Assembly: GCA_030612025.1 (NCBI GenBank) | Contig: JAUWOR010000009.1 | Location: 1 to 64,000 of the forward strand | Direction of reading: 5' to 3' | Source of the DNA: Dehalococcoidia bacterium | GTDB taxonomy: Bacteria; Chloroflexota; Dehalococcoidia; GIF9; AB-539-J10 | Length of the DNA: 64,000 nucleotides | Part shown: one piece after another, positions 1 through 8,337 of the stretch | Layout of the letters: every line of letters begins with the position of its first letter | Numbering within the stretch: the first letter of the stretch is position 1 | Translations under genes and position numbers: made by a program | Notes under the pieces: model-generated | The model's database searches: none | Told to the model about the DNA's origin: nothing | What the model saw: the letters and a program-made list of their open reading frames with translations, nothing else

Positions 1-1
1 A

Positions 2-202
2 GTTAAATATACAAAAATCAGCTCTGGTTATATGGGGCAGCTTGTGGAATGGCCAGAGGTAATAACCGAGGGAAGAACTTTAGAAGACTGCAGGGAAATG
101 CTCAGGGACGCTTTACACGAAATGATATTAGCCTACCGAGAGCAAAATAAAGAAGTCCCTGCTGGACAAGCTCTTCTGGAACAGATACCTGTCGAAATAT
201 AG
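2..202 (+). CDS. hicB: HicB-family antitoxin (5' truncated by window edge)
   Basis: Manual translation VKYTKISSGYMGQLVEWPEVITEGKNLEDCREMLRDALHEMI...EI* fits the HicB pattern and lies directly upstream of HicA. Confidence 0.85.
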   Translation, partial: VKYTKISSGYMGQLVEWPEVITEGRTLEDCREMLRDALHEMILAYREQNKEVPAGQALLEQIPVEI

Positions 203-203
203 G

Positions 204-392
204 ATGTCAGTAAAACGCAGAGACTTAATAAAATATTGTGAGCAGAACGGTTTTTATTTGTTGCGTGAAGGTGGAAAACATTCCATATACACCAACAACG
301 AAAAGATACTACCCATCAAAAGGCACCGAACAATTGACAGAATAACAGCAAACGAGTTATGTAAACAGGCCGGACTAAAACCTAAATTCTAA
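204..392 (+). CDS. hicA: HicA-family mRNA interferase toxin
   Basis: 62 aa with GF.LLREGGKHSIY motif, dsRBD-like HicA. Confidence 0.9.
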   Translation: MSVKRRDLIKYCEQNGFYLLREGGKHSIYTNNEKILPIKRHRTIDRITANELCKQAGLKPKF

Positions 393-410
393 CAGAGGAA
401 ACTCAGCAAT

Positions 411-468
411 GTGGCCTAGCACACAGAGGCGGGACGCTGAGGTCAGAGGTCCAAATCCACCCGCCTAC
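411..468 (+). pseudogene. Degenerate tRNA 3' remnant (tRNA-Pro(CGG)-like)
   Basis: cagag-gCGGGA-cgctg-aggtc-agagg-tccaaat-cc resembles the anticodon arm, variable loop and T arm with broken stems. Confidence 0.5.
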
Positions 469-636
469 GGCAATCTATCTGGCACTAGTTGTTGACACGC
501 CCTGCCAGAAGCATCTATGTGACCTTATCCAGAAGACAAACGGAATGCCAACTCGTTCCATATTGCACCTATGTGCTTCCATATGCTAGAATAGCCTAAC
601 CAGAGAAGATATTGCGCCCTGCAGGAGGTTTGCCCC

Positions 637-918
637 ATGGTGATTATAAAGGAATGGTTCACAGTAGAAGAAGCTGCAGAATATTTGTCTGTCTCCAAGA
701 GAACTATTTATAAATTGACTCAGGAAGGCAGATTGCCTGCTTTCCGTATTGGCCAAGAGCGCCACCGCCGATTTCGCAAGGAGGACTTGGATAAGGTGCC
801 TCGGGTACCAGGGGCTACCAAGGGCATGGATTCTATGCTAGCCCTGTCAGCCTCAGCTGACCCTGTTCTGGCAGAACTCTGGGATAACGAAAGAGATGCC
901 GCCTATGACCAACTATAG
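637..918 (+). CDS. Excisionase-type HTH protein with antitoxin-like C-terminal tail
   Basis: FTVEEAAEYLSVSKRTIYKL HTH_17 motif; acidic tail LAELWDNERDAAYDQL; overlaps the MazF start. Confidence 0.8.
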   Translation: MVIIKEWFTVEEAAEYLSVSKRTIYKLTQEGRLPAFRIGQERHRRFRKEDLDKVPRVPGATKGMDSMLALSASADPVLAELWDNERDAAYDQL

Positions 919-1246
919 TCGTGGTGACGTGGTGCTGGTCAGTTTTGTCTTTGCTGATGAAACTGGAGCTAAGCAACGTCCTGCCGTTATCATCAGTTCG
1001 GATATCTATCACCAACAGCGACAAGAGACTATCATCAGCGCCATTACCAGTAGGGTAGACCGAATATTGGTAGGCGACCATGCGATAAATCACTGGCGGG
1101 AAGCTGGGCTATTATTCCCCTCTGTAGCTACGGGAATTATCAGGACGATAAAACAGAGCATGGTTGTCCGTAGACTGGGCAGAATATCAGCAGATGACCT
1201 GAAGGAAATTGATAGACAACTGAGCCTTGCTCTTGCAATAGCTTAG
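905..1246 (+). CDS. mazF: PemK/MazF-family toxin
   Basis: RGDVVLVSF..D....KQRPAVIIS motif; ATG at 905 preferred over 896. Confidence 0.9.
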   Translation: MTNYSRGDVVLVSFVFADETGAKQRPAVIISSDIYHQQRQETIISAITSRVDRILVGDHAINHWREAGLLFPSVATGIIRTIKQSMVVRRLGRISADDLKEIDRQLSLALAIA

Positions 1247-1398
1247 GAATGACAGACATTCTTATCCATGAGTATTTCGGCCTAGCTTTAGAGCTGGCGT
1301 GGAAAGCTGCTAAAGAAGACGTTTTTGAGTTGAAAACGAAGCTATTGAAGGTGAAGAAGGATTTGGAGGAAATTCACAGCTCTAGCAAGCAACCTTGA
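1246..1398 (+). pseudogene. C-terminal fragment of DUF86/HEPN (HepT-like) RNase
   Basis: GMTDILIHEYFGLALELAWK matches GMRDILIHEYFGVDL..VW; catalytic R replaced by T and N-terminus missing. Confidence 0.75.
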
Positions 1399-1461
1399 TT
1401 ATAGAGCGGAATCGGTATCCCGCTCACGCCTTTACCCAACATAGCCGGCAAAGCCACAACC

Positions 1462-1737
1462 CTACTTCTTATCCTCCTCCTGGAAATGCTCCGCCACGGT
1501 TTTGCCAAAGTCCTGAGCTGCCTTTCCCGCCTCACTGAGTTTCTCTTTCACTTCCTCGTCCTTAAACCTCCTGGCCAGGGCCTTGGCGGATTCAGCCGTG
1601 GCATCGCCAAATTCCTTGGCCTTTTCCTTCAGCTCAGGATCATTGAATATTTCGCTGATCGCCGACCCGAATGCGGTGAGCATCTCCCCGAAACTATCTC
1701 CCGGACTCTTTTTAGTGCTCTCCTTTTCTTTCGCCAT
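1462..1737 (-). CDS. Hypothetical helical protein
   Basis: 91 aa charged helical ORF with GAGGGG RBS. Confidence 0.7.
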   Translation of the reverse strand: MAKEKESTKKSPGDSFGEMLTAFGSAISEIFNDPELKEKAKEFGDATAESAKALARRFKDEEVKEKLSEAGKAAQDFGKTVAEHFQEEDKK

Positions 1738-1965
1738 AATACCCCCTCGGCTGTTTTCTTTTTTGTGCAGTTAAGTTATACCCTATTATACACATCTTTC
1801 TGCTCTTCATTTTGCGGACTGCTCGGTGCCAGGACAAGATGCAGCCATGCCTGCAGACGAACAGCGTTCCGAACGCTGAAGCTGGAGATTCAAATCGTCT
1901 CACCCGAACTTTTCTTCCCCAAGGTCTAGCCGCATCGGTCAACTGAGATTTGACTGGAACCAGGC

Positions 1966-1994
1966 TTGACGACATACCTTTAGGACATTATAAT
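1966..1994 (+). promoter_or_regulatory. Sigma70 promoter of the MTase operon
   Basis: TTGACG-17 nt-TATAAT followed by GTAATA(A/G)TA-like tandem repeats. Confidence 0.7.
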
Positions 1995-2062
1995 AGTAGA
2001 AGTAATAATAATAGATGTAATAGTAACTCAATAATCAAACAGAAGGCGGATAAAGTATTTAC

Positions 2063-2305
2063 ATGGAGCAGATTGAAATCACCATTCGGGGTCATGTTTA
2101 CAAGTTATCTCGAGAGGATGTTATAAAAAGTGTATCAAAAATAAGCCCCGGCCCCATACGTAAGCATTATGTTGAAATATCTGGCACCTGCTATCCAATA
2201 AAGCAAGCACTAGCCCAAGTTTTGAGACTCGAAGTAATCGGCTTTAATAGCCAAGATGCTTATCACGTATTTCGCCGACTAGGTTTCCCTATTGGGCAGA
2301 GGTAG
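2063..2305 (+). CDS. Small SCO5918-like protein (resembles the ScoMcrA head domain)
   Basis: LSREDV...HYVEISGTCYPIKQ...FNSQDA..VFRRLGF pattern, recognised from memory. Confidence 0.6.
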   Translation: MEQIEITIRGHVYKLSREDVIKSVSKISPGPIRKHYVEISGTCYPIKQALAQVLRLEVIGFNSQDAYHVFRRLGFPIGQR

Positions 2306-2333
2306 TGATTTCTATGCAACTTAGGAGACAAAA

Positions 2334-3284
2334 ATGGTAGAGGACATTGAAAGACTCCCGACTCCGTATTATGTTACTGAATATGGAGCAGCTTACCTTG
2401 GCGATGCCTTAGAATTATTAAAGCTCCTTCCCAACAAATCAGTCGACTTGGTAATGACTTCCCCACCCTTTGCCCTGAATCGCAAAAAGGCATACGGCAA
2501 TGCTAGTTCTAAGGAATACGTCAAATGGTTTATGCCCTTCGCTAAGGAATTTTGGCGAGTTTTAAAGGACAATGGAAGTTTGGTTATACATATAGGTGGT
2601 GCTTGGGACAAGGGACAACCAACACGTTCGGTATACCATTTTGAGTTACTTTTGGAACTTTGTCACAATAATGATAGCGATTGTAAGTTTCACCTTGCCC
2701 AAGATTTCTATTGGTTCAATTCTGCCAAGCTACCATCCCCAGCAGAATGGGTGACAGTACGAAGAATCCGGGTCAAAGATGCTGTCGATCCAATTTGGTG
2801 GCTTTCAAAAAGCCCCTTTCCTAAAGCGGATAATCGTAAAGTCTTAAATCAGTACAGTAAAGCAATGCAGCAATTATTAAAGCGCGGGTACAATGCTGGT
2901 CCTCGACCTTCTGGGCATAATATATCTTTGAAATTTCAAAGGGACCTCGGGGGGGCCATCCCTCCAAACTTACTGGTGTTTGCAAATACTGAATCGAATA
3001 GTCAATATTTAAGGACTTGCCGAGAATACGAAATTCACCCTCACCCAGCTCGCTATCCGGTCGAGCTACCTGAATTCTTTATTAAGTTCCTAACTGACGA
3101 AGGTGACCTTGTCTTGGATCCCTTTGGAGGGAGCAATGCCACTGGGGAAGCAGCAGAAAAAATAAAAAGACAATGGATATGTTTTGAAACAGAAGAGCAA
3201 TATTTGAAAGGCTCCAAGTTCAGATTTGCATCTGATAAGCCAACTCCGATTTGCACTAATTCAATAAACTCTACTCTCCTCTGA
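2334..3284 (+). CDS. Site-specific DNA methyltransferase, beta class N4-cytosine (M.PvuII-like)
   Basis: TSPPF catalytic motif before the DPFGGS SAM motif; KLPSPAEWV, IRVKDA, HPARYP segments as in M.PvuII. Confidence 0.92.
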   Translation: MVEDIERLPTPYYVTEYGAAYLGDALELLKLLPNKSVDLVMTSPPFALNRKKAYGNASSKEYVKWFMPFAKEFWRVLKDNGSLVIHIGGAWDKGQPTRSVYHFELLLELCHNNDSDCKFHLAQDFYWFNSAKLPSPAEWVTVRRIRVKDAVDPIWWLSKSPFPKADNRKVLNQYSKAMQQLLKRGYNAGPRPSGHNISLKFQRDLGGAIPPNLLVFANTESNSQYLRTCREYEIHPHPARYPVELPEFFIKFLTDEGDLVLDPFGGSNATGEAAEKIKRQWICFETEEQYLKGSKFRFASDKPTPICTNSINSTLL

Positions 3285-3316
3285 CCTTGGATTTACCCCT
3301 TTAGCAAGCTATTCTA

Positions 3317-3373
3317 TAATTAATCTTCGATCAATTTTAAGATATTGACAGATTAATTATTTTATGCTATATT
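3317..3373 (+). promoter_or_regulatory. Sigma70 promoter with inverted-repeat operator
   Basis: TTGACA(3345)-17 nt-TATATT with an extended TG; ATAATTAATC (3317) and GATTAATTAT (3351) form an inverted repeat. Confidence 0.65.
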
Positions 3374-3430
3374 GATTTATAACCAGTTGTGCCTTAAATT
3401 AATATTAAGATATGATTAAGGGAGAGTTAC

Positions 3431-3652
3431 ATGGGCAAAAACGAATCTAAAAGAGAAGCATTTCGCCGCCTAGGGACACAACGAACAAATGCAGTTCTGG
3501 AGCGACTCCGCATTTTAGGACATTGCACAAATCCTCAGCTCTATGAATACTCTGAGGGAGATATCCGAAAAATGTTCCGAGCAATAGAAGCTGAAGTAAG
3601 GACAGTGAAGGCAAAATTCCAAAATTCTAGCCGATCACAGTTCAAGCTATAG
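3431..3652 (+). CDS. Small basic helical hypothetical protein, possible regulator
   Basis: 73 aa with RBS; KRE.F.RL...RTN.VL..LR.LG..N...YEY pattern. Confidence 0.75.
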   Translation: MGKNESKREAFRRLGTQRTNAVLERLRILGHCTNPQLYEYSEGDIRKMFRAIEAEVRTVKAKFQNSSRSQFKL

Positions 3653-3667
3653 CCATACAGAGAGGTA

Positions 3668-6412
3668 ATGACGATTCAACTTAGTAGTGCACAAGTCGAC
3701 ACCCTCTTCACGCTCCAGTCGAAGAACAATGTGGACAAGTTCATCCAAGATACCTGCCCTAGTGCTACTTGGCATAACCTTGGAGATAGAGAAAGCCCCG
3801 CAGCCAATGTAGAGGTGTCACCTGACCCAATCAACCCGTTAGTTGAAAGATTAGTCAACAGCATGGAGAGTTTAATCCAGCTTAAGCTAGAACTTAAACG
3901 TCTAGCGGGCAAAGGTCACCAAGGAATACCATCTTCGGTATTTGAGGCTGCTGAGAGATATTTTGGCGTTCCTCAAGGCCGGGCTCAGAATCTCTCTACC
4001 ACTGACCGACGACGGTTGGCCCAGAACCTTAAACTTATCCTTAGAGGAAAACGAGGAATACCTACAGTAGTAGTTCAAGACAAAGGGATTGGCGTTCACC
4101 CCGATTACATGCCTGATACGATTCTTTCTTTAGCAAACAGCAGCAAAGGTAAAAAACCGTACCTTATAGGTGCCTATGGGCACGGTGGCTCTTCTAGCTT
4201 TGAATGGTGCGAATATACCGTGATAATCTGCCGGAAGGAACCACGCCTTTTGAATGGTAAGCAGGACTTAGTAGGCTGGACTATAGTCAAGAAATCAGCA
4301 GAGTCGGGCGCTAGAGTCAGTGATTACCAATATCTCGTAGATGCTTCACGGAGGGTGCCGAGGTTTGATCCAAAGCTTTTGGGCGTCCGTGACTTTCCAC
4401 ATGGAGTCTTTGTTTGCCATATCGATGTGCGAGATACTGGTGCCTTTGGAACCCAACCCCCTGGCCTTGCCCCATTCCAAACGCTTGATTTCCGCCTTTT
4501 CGACCCTATCATGCCTTACCTACTGGTGGAAGAGCGGCCAGAATTTATAGGAGGTGCTCCACACAAAGGGCTAGATGGCTACAAAGGTGGATGGAATCGA
4601 GCTCTAGCAGGTGTAAGAGGACGCTTGGAGGGGCTCTATACTAGCCCGGAGAAGAGTAGGAGAGTGGAGTTTTGGAACAAGGGGTATACAGTTCAATTAG
4701 GCGGAGGTAGAACAGTCCGTATAAACTACTGGGTAATCGAAGACCTGGATGTTGATCCCATAACAAATATTCGGAAAAATGACCACAAGAGGAAGGCCCA
4801 ATACCTTAAAGATGGTAGCAGGCTATCACAAAGACCGTGTGCTGTTACCTTTGGGGGCCAAGTACACACATCACTGACTGAGAAGGTTTTCCGTGAAAGG
4901 AAGCTCAAGCGAGTCGGCGAGTCAGCAATAATCCATATCGAACCCGATAAAATGGGTGATGCCATCCGAGGGTTCTTTAGCTCCAATCGGGGAGAACCGA
5001 AAGAGCAAAGTGAAAAGCAGCTAGAACAGTGGATCGCCGAAGCGCTAGAGGTTCATATCCGAGACCTTAAGGCAATTGAATATCGCCGGTTTAATGCATT
5101 TCTGCAAAGAAGCAGGGCTCAACCGGATATTGAAGTACGAACGTTATTAGATCCAATGATACAAGAATTTCTAAGAAAGGAAATGACAGACCTAAAGGAG
5201 ACAGTTGCACGGCGTAAACTCCCCCACTTTAAACCAAAACAAGTCCCAACCTATCTTACCTTTGCAAACCCCAACAAGGTCGTGCAGCTCGCACCAGGGG
5301 ATAGCGTAAATGTCGTGGTTTTGACAAATGCTCGAGATGATGTAATGCCAAAGGCAAAGTTTGAACTGTCATTGTCCAACCCGAACATCTTAACAGCTAG
5401 CTTAACCAGTCACTATGCCGGTAGATGGATTATCCGCGTCTCGGCCTATCCAAATATGGCAACAAACTCGACATGCGAGATGAATGCCACGCTAATATGC
5501 CCAGGGGCGTGGATATGTAAAACTCCCAAACCCCTGCGATTCAGAGTTGTCACATTTTCACCACCCCCCTTATATTTGGGTTCAGACCCTCCTAGCCGGT
5601 TCCGTATCAAAACCCAGGGTGGTGAAATCAGACTGCAAGAAGGTAAACGAAGAGTCATCTGGATTGACACTGACTGTGTTGATGACCTTTTGACGCGCTC
5701 AGTGGATGCAGCTACATTTGAACTCGTCTCGCTTCCCTCCCCGGTCATATACAAGGGGTTGAACCAGCCTCTACGGGGTCAAATCGGGCTTGTGGTGTCG
5801 ACACCCATAGGCATAGCTCCTCTTGAACCAGGATACTTAGAAGTTCGTTTGAAGCTTGCTGATGGCTCTTACCTTTCTGACAGAGCACCACTCAAAATTC
5901 TCCCACAGTCGCCACGAGGGGGAATAATTACAGTCAGGGTTCCTTTCAAGTTGCCTAACTACGAGGTAGTTTATGTAAGTGAACAGCCCAGCGAAAATGA
6001 AAAATCATGGACAGCTATGCAAGACCCGTTTGGGCACGAGTGGGATAAGGAGGATGTAGCGGGATACAGTATAGAGCCTGACGCTCAAGGCAACGACAAG
6101 CTCTGGATCTTCATGAATCGTGATTTTGCTGATTTCACCGTAGAGCAGAGAATTTGGGCTCAGCGTGGCGAGAACTGGATGAGGCGAATGACAAACCAAT
6201 ACGACGCTCAAATTGCATTCCAATGCTATCAAGCATCTATCGGGAGGGGTGATAGACCACAACCTGACGGAGACTCTTTGGATCCATCAACGGGATACCG
6301 CTTTATCCCCCGGGAGTACCCAGAATACCGACCTGAGATGATACGAGTTGGTAAGACAATTCTTTGGGCTAGGAAACAGTTTGGTCCTATATTACAAAAT
6401 GATATAGTTTAA
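3668..6412 (+). CDS. Large GHKL-ATPase (TopoVIB/MORC-like) protein with beta-rich C-terminal domains
   Basis: ERLVNS (N box), DKGIG (G1), GAYGHGGSS (G2); proline-linked beta-rich C-terminal half. Confidence 0.75.
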   Translation: MTIQLSSAQVDTLFTLQSKNNVDKFIQDTCPSATWHNLGDRESPAANVEVSPDPINPLVERLVNSMESLIQLKLELKRLAGKGHQGIPSSVFEAAERYFGVPQGRAQNLSTTDRRRLAQNLKLILRGKRGIPTVVVQDKGIGVHPDYMPDTILSLANSSKGKKPYLIGAYGHGGSSSFEWCEYTVIICRKEPRLLNGKQDLVGWTIVKKSAESGARVSDYQYLVDASRRVPRFDPKLLGVRDFPHGVFVCHIDVRDTGAFGTQPPGLAPFQTLDFRLFDPIMPYLLVEERPEFIGGAPHKGLDGYKGGWNRALAGVRGRLEGLYTSPEKSRRVEFWNKGYTVQLGGGRTVRINYWVIEDLDVDPITNIRKNDHKRKAQYLKDGSRLSQRPCAVTFGGQVHTSLTEKVFRERKLKRVGESAIIHIEPDKMGDAIRGFFSSNRGEPKEQSEKQLEQWIAEALEVHIRDLKAIEYRRFNAFLQRSRAQPDIEVRTLLDPMIQEFLRKEMTDLKETVARRKLPHFKPKQVPTYLTFANPNKVVQLAPGDSVNVVVLTNARDDVMPKAKFELSLSNPNILTASLTSHYAGRWIIRVSAYPNMATNSTCEMNATLICPGAWICKTPKPLRFRVVTFSPPPLYLGSDPPSRFRIKTQGGEIRLQEGKRRVIWIDTDCVDDLLTRSVDAATFELVSLPSPVIYKGLNQPLRGQIGLVVSTPIGIAPLEPGYLEVRLKLADGSYLSDRAPLKILPQSPRGGIITVRVPFKLPNYEVVYVSEQPSENEKSWTAMQDPFGHEWDKEDVAGYSIEPDAQGNDKLWIFMNRDFADFTVEQRIWAQRGENWMRRMTNQYDAQIAFQCYQASIGRGDRPQPDGDSLDPSTGYRFIPREYPEYRPEMIRVGKTILWARKQFGPILQNDIV

Positions 6413-6575
6413 GTTCTTCATCCGCTACTAATGCCTACTTCATATTAACCTTTAGATAGGCCTACAACCAGGTGCTAGATACGACCATTTGTGACGATTC
6501 CATCATAGAATTCCCATCAAACTTTTCTTTCTAGAGACAGCTTTTATTTCCTAAATAATCGTCTTACCCCTGCAA

Positions 6576-6811
6576 CTAATGCGCATCCCCCAAAAAGATA
6601 AACACTTCCCCCCTCTAATCCTTTTTAGCCCTTGTGTCTTTGCCAGGCATTCCTTGGCGTGGCGTCTGGAAGTGATAGGCAAATCGCTGTCTATATTAAG
6701 GGGATTGTCTTGATTCCTTTGTTTGCCAGTGTCTCGACGATATATCTTCGAGGGCAGCCGACATCTTAGTGGTTAGTCAATAGTCCTGAAGTCAAAGGAG
6801 CTCGCTTATGA
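6576..6811 (-). repeat. Composite gene-end repeat, copy 1 (gene X end, heptamers, DUF488 end, radical SAM end)
   Basis: Minus strand reads DVGCPRRYIVETLANKGIKTIP, then DLPITSRRHAKECLAKTQGLKRIR. Confidence 0.85.
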
Positions 6812-6822
6812 AGCAGCGGGGT

Positions 6823-6935
6823 TCACCCTCACCTTAGTTCCTTCGCTTTGCTTAGGACTAGCCTCACCTCCCTCCAAGGGAGAGGGAACAGGTCTTTTTG
6901 AGATTGCTTCGTCGCTTCGCTCCTCGCAATGACAA
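6823..6935. repeat. Cluster of REP-like palindromes
   Basis: CACCCTCACC...GGGAGAGGG and AGATTGCTTC...CTCGCAATGAC. Confidence 0.8.
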
Positions 6936-6989
6936 TAATGAGGAAAGGCCTGGCAATAGCAGAAGAAAAGGTGCCCCGGAATGACAACT

Positions 6990-7214
6990 GCATATTTGCG
7001 GTAGCCAACTTGACGGAATCCACCCAGGGTATCGCCCATTTAGTCGACAGCCATTAGTCCAGAAGTCAATAGTCCTGACCTCCTGACTGAGTCTTTATCC
7101 AGGCACTTTACTTTTGGGAAACGCCGAACATCCACAAGGAAGGTGATGTTATGCTCCTTTAGGAGTGATACTAAACCAGCAAACTTCCTGCCTCCGTAGC
7201 CAATAGTGAAAATT
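6990..7214 (-). pseudogene. Fragmented DUF488-family gene
   Basis: IFTIGYGGRKFAGLVSLLKEHNITFLVDVRRFP and GDTLGGFRQVGYRKY fragments, separated by TAGTC heptamer repeats. Confidence 0.7.
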
Positions 7215-7280
7215 GCTTGACAAAAGTTTCACTAATTTGTATAATTTCAACAAACGGTGAAAATACTATAATTGGTGAAA
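7204..7280 (+). promoter_or_regulatory. AbiE promoter with operator repeats
   Basis: TTGACA(7217)-17 nt-TATAAT; TAGTGAAA/TTTCACTA inverted repeat and repeated GTGAAAA. Confidence 0.7.
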
Positions 7281-7284
7281 ACCC

Positions 7285-8337
7285 ATGAGGGAGTCAGAGG
7301 TCGTAGATAAAATTCGAGAGAGACTTGAAGGTCTTTTGAGTGATATCCCCTTCCTTGAAGCAGGACAGCCTATCACGCAAATGTATTTGGAAGGTGTCCG
7401 CCCCGACTTGCTATTCGAGGTTATGGCAGGAAATCGCCCCTCGAAAATCATAGTAGAAGTGAAGTCCGTTGGGGAACCACGGCAAGTACGGTATTCTATA
7501 CAGCAGTTGAGGGAATACTTGACTCGGATTGAAGATGCTTACGGGGTGGTGGCTGCGCCTTACATCAGCAATGACACGGCTCGCCTTTGCAAGGGAAACG
7601 GCGTGGGCTATATAGACCTGGCGGGAAATTGTTTCCTGAACTTCGATAAGGTATACATCGAACAAAAAAATTACCCGAATCCGACTGTAGAAAGGCGGCA
7701 GCTCCGTTCCCTCTTCACCCCCAGGTCAAGCCGTGTTCTCAGGATGATGCTTGCCAATCCTAAGCGGTCTTGGCAGGTGCAGGAGTTGGCAGAGGAAGCC
7801 AATGTGAGCCTTGGCCTGGCTTTTAAAATCAAAGAACGCCTTTTGGATCTGGAGTATGCCCGTGAGGAAAATAGGAATATCCTTCTCAACCGCCCGGGAG
7901 AGCTTCTGGATAAGTGGGCAGACAACTATTCCTTCCGGAGAAATAAGATGTATGACTACTTTGGCTTTGAGGAGCCCAAGGAGATAGAGCGAAGGCTTGC
8001 AGGATATTGTCAGGAGAGAGAAATCCCTTATGCTCTAACTCTTTTTTCCGGTGCTGCCCTGGTGGCACCTTTTGTCCGTTACACCAGGGGATTTGCGTAT
8101 GTGGGCCAAGGGATTCGAGAGTTGGCAGAATCGCTGGAGTTGAAGGAGGTCTCCTCAGGACCAAACTTTAGCATATTAGAGCCCTATGATGAAGGGGTCT
8201 TTTATGGGAACAGAAGGATTGAAGGACTAGAGGTCGCTTGCGATGTGCAACTCTATCTTGACCTTGTGGGATTTAGAGGGCGTGGTGAGGAATCAGCCAA
8301 GTTTCTTCTCGAGCAGAGGATAAAGCCTCAATGGTAA
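7285..8337 (+). CDS. Type IV TA antitoxin, AbiEi family
   Basis: N-terminal PD-(D/E)XK-like fold (RPD...EVK), GYIDLAGNC, wHTH, C-terminal VQLYLDL...GRGEE. Confidence 0.85.
   Translation: MRESEVVDKIRERLEGLLSDIPFLEAGQPITQMYLEGVRPDLLFEVMAGNRPSKIIVEVKSVGEPRQVRYSIQQLREYLTRIEDAYGVVAAPYISNDTARLCKGNGVGYIDLAGNCFLNFDKVYIEQKNYPNPTVERRQLRSLFTPRSSRVLRMMLANPKRSWQVQELAEEANVSLGLAFKIKERLLDLEYAREENRNILLNRPGELLDKWADNYSFRRNKMYDYFGFEEPKEIERRLAGYCQEREIPYALTLFSGAALVAPFVRYTRGFAYVGQGIRELAESLELKEVSSGPNFSILEPYDEGVFYGNRRIEGLEVACDVQLYLDLVGFRGRGEESAKFLLEQRIKPQW

Noticed and set aside
1486-1975. ORFs 1486..1929 (+) and 1712..1975 (-)
   Set aside because: Shadow or overlapping frames of the 91-aa gene with no protein-like features; the second only includes a possible decayed radical SAM end.
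6806-7039. ORFs 6806..7039 and 6829..7023
   Set aside because: Translations of REP palindromes (HCEERSDEAIS, VIARSEATKQS) plus a DUF488 scrap.
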